Shown: positions 61,341-64,000 of the stretch, piece after piece
Layout: the number at the start of each line of letters is the position of its first letter
How positions within the stretch are numbered: the stretch's first letter is position 1
Source of the DNA: Lama glama
Lineage: Eukaryota
DNA length: 64,000 bases
Assembly: GCA_028534125.1 (NCBI GenBank)
Contig: CM052816.1
Location: 101,742,001 to 101,806,000 of the forward strand
Reading direction: 5' to 3'
Translations under genes and position numbers: made by a program
The notes under the pieces: model-generated
The model's database searches: none
Told to the model about the DNA's origin: nothing
What the model saw: only the letters and a program-made list of their open reading frames with translations

Positions 61341-64000
61341 TCCCTCTGTGCCCAGCAGAGCCCAAGGGAGGCCCTGCAGGAGGGAAGGGTGGTGCTGGGA
61401 GCTGGGGCAGAGCCCTCCTGACAGACAGGTGTCATCACACAGGGAAGTGGCAGCCACCTGGCCGGCGCCGCAGGTGCTGGCCCCTCCCCGAAGGAGGAAT
61501 CTCAGGAGGCTCCAGGACGGACCAAGCGAGGTCCCACCAGGGCCGCGTCCCCCAGGGAGTGGAACAGACAGGTCATCAGGCCCCCGGGTTCAGCTGCTCT
61601 GCCATGAACCCAGGATGACCCAGAGCCAGCCTGAAGCTCCTCACAAACGTAGTAACTAAAACACAGCACGGTGACCAGGGCTGCTGGTTCTCAGTGTGCT
61701 GCAGCTGCATGAACAGGATTCACACTTAGAACACACAGAATACCAAGCATGGCCCAGCACCACCCTGCTGCTTCCACGGCGCCTCCTCCTTGGGGCTAGC
61801 TGGGACCTCACCTTGTACTGAAGTCACCTGCCGGGGGCCCTCCCTGTGACTGTGAGTTTAGCACAGGCAGGGCCTGGGACACATGCGTCTGAGCCCCGGA
61901 GAGCCCGGGACCAACCAGGGCCAGAGTGACCACAGTGATCGCTAGCCACTGAGGGGAACCCAGCGAGCCTAGCTCAGTGACCACAGGCAGTCAGGGGCTC
62001 ATGGCGGACGATCAGGGGCTATGGTGCACAGTCGAAGGTTTCACAGTGGGGAGTTATGGGGGTCTAAAAGCCCACCCAGGCCCCAGACATCTGAACTACC
62101 CTCTGGGGTGGGGCTAGAAGCTGTGGGCTTCTGACCCACAGGGAGGCCGCTGGGTGGGCAGAAGGCACAACCGCGCAGCCGTGGCTGGACGTAGCCCGAG
62201 GCATGGCACGAGCTGGGGAACAGGGCCCTCGGTACGCCCAGCGCGTGGTCGGGCAGGCGGAGGCTGTGAGACAGCAGGAATGAGGTGGGTGGGACTGGGG
62301 GCTGTCTGGGGGTTGGGGAACAGGCTGCCCTTCCCGGGCTGTGTCCACCCACAGGCCCGCGGCAGCCATGGAACTTCTTCCACTTTTATTTACATCAAAG
62401 GAGTTTGGGAACAACAGGCCCAGCAGTCACAGCAGGAGGTGAGAAAATGCGCTTTCTCTGAGCAGTGAGGACGGAGGGTGAGCAGGAAGCCCCCAGCCCC
62501 TGGAGAGGGGGCTGCAGGTGCAGCGGCCTGCTCAGTGGAAGGCCCGGATGGGCGGCCAGGTGCGGGCACACCAGGGAGCTCTCTCAGGGAGCCGAGCGGG
62601 AGCGGGGAGCCTGGGCCGGCCGCAGTGGGCCCCAGAAGCACAGCTGCCGGCCTTGCCAGGTGTCCGTCCTGGGCTCCCAGACACCCTTCAACAGTCAGGG
62701 ACAGGTTGTTGTGCGACAGCCCCTCCTGCAGCCCACCGTCCCCTGTGGCCAACGCAAGACCCCTGCTCCTGGGCCACACAGCCCTGCCCACCCTGGCGGC
62801 TCTGCCCCGCCCTCCTGGGCCGATTCCCACGATGCCCCTCTTCCTGCACCAGGCTCTGGCGGTGAGCTCTCCGGGGCTTCACGTCTGCCTTTCTGGAGGA
62901 CCGTGGTCCCTGAACCCACGCGTCCAGCACCACAGGGAGGAAACCACAGCAGGAGCCCTGTCCGCAACCCTGCCGGTCAGCAGAGCGCCTTCGGGTCCGA
63001 CCAGGGGAAGGGGGTCTCTAGGTCTTTCTTTAGAAGACTGACAGCCTGAAGGTGCGCAAGTCTCCACGCCTGCAGTTCTCGGCAGGTCCCTTGCGGTTCC
63101 TGGGAATGTCCCGGGAATTATGCTGGCTTTCCCAGAAACCAAGTTAGCGTGCTGGCACGGGCCGACGGCTGGCTCTCAAGGCTCCCAGGCAGGCAAGGCC
63201 ACTCACAGCTGCTTCCACGAGGCCCACGGTGCCCGGGCACCCAGGGAGCCGGAGCTGGAGCCGAGGCGGCAGCCCAGGCTCTGTGAGTCCCAGGCCAAGG
63301 GCTGGTGTGGGAACTGGAGAAACCCGCTCACCTCAGGGGCCGGTCAGCACGTCTGTCCGTCTGCAACCTCCTCCCCTGCGGATCCTGCTCCAGCCTCGAA
63401 CTCAGAAACCAGACAAATCAAACGAGTCTGTGCCTCCCCGTTGGCTGCTTTTGACTTCGTTTGGCATCTGGCAAAGCTTATTCCATTAAACATGGACACA
63501 TGGTGTCTGTGTCCACACAGGTGAGCCAGCACAGGCTCCAGTCCTTCCCCAGGGTCAGCCCCTAGTGCCCTAATGGGAGGAGTGGTCCCCAGAAGGCCTC
63601 AGGGACCCGCAAGGAGCCCAGAGCTGACTGGGGTCAGGGTGAGGAGGAGCTGAGGGTGCGGCCCAGGGTGGGAGGTTTGGGGGAGCAGAGAACACTGGAA
63701 GAAATTCTTCCTATGCTCTGCTCTGGCCCCTCCCCCAGCTGCCTGGGGACAGTCTGCCTGGTGGAGTGATGGGGCAAGGGTGCAGGGCCAGCCGGGGAGA
63801 GGCCCGTACTGCTGAGCTGTGCCTCCGAGCACTCACCCCTCCCTGTCCTATGCAAGCCCCAGGCCAGGACTCCTCCCAAGGTGGCCCTTTCTAAAGGGGA
63901 ACCTTCCCCAAGGAGGCAAGTCCCGCCCAAATCCGGCCTGGCCCCTCCCCCAGCCCCGTCCCACCTGTCCCCAGCACACAGCTTGGCTCCCCAGGGGCAG

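Noticed and set aside
61790-61830. Strong donor-like AAG|gtgagg on - that might mark another AHRR exon
   Set aside because: No AHRR-like peptide or convincing acceptor upstream. The bHLH-encoding exons were not found in the window.

Overview
GC-rich mammalian genomic DNA syntenic with the human 5p15.33 SLC9A3-EXOC3-AHRR block. No Alu or other young SINE is recognisable, so it is probably a non-primate placental mammal. It contains: (1) SLC9A3/NHE3 on + (exons 2-17; exon 1 is upstream of the window); (2) the complete EXOC3/Sec6 gene on - (13 exons, 745 codons, CpG-island promoter at about 35.2 kb); (3) the last seven coding exons and 3'UTR of AHRR on -. All exons were located by GT/AG sites and phase continuity. 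The rest is intron with old L1/MIR fragments, microsatellites and an 18-bp minisatellite. Top observation: the nominally non-coding last exon of SLC9A3 holds a 124-codon open frame. It is exactly in phase with exon 15, shows coding-like codon periodicity and ends in a class I PDZ ligand (-EETPL). This predicts an exon-16-skipped NHE3 isoform with a different C-terminus. Other observations: intron 16 can be spliced or retained with no protein change; a ~138-bp near-perfect inverted repeat brackets exon 10; NHE3 has a PPxY motif; EXOC3 has an AUGA stop-start uORF.
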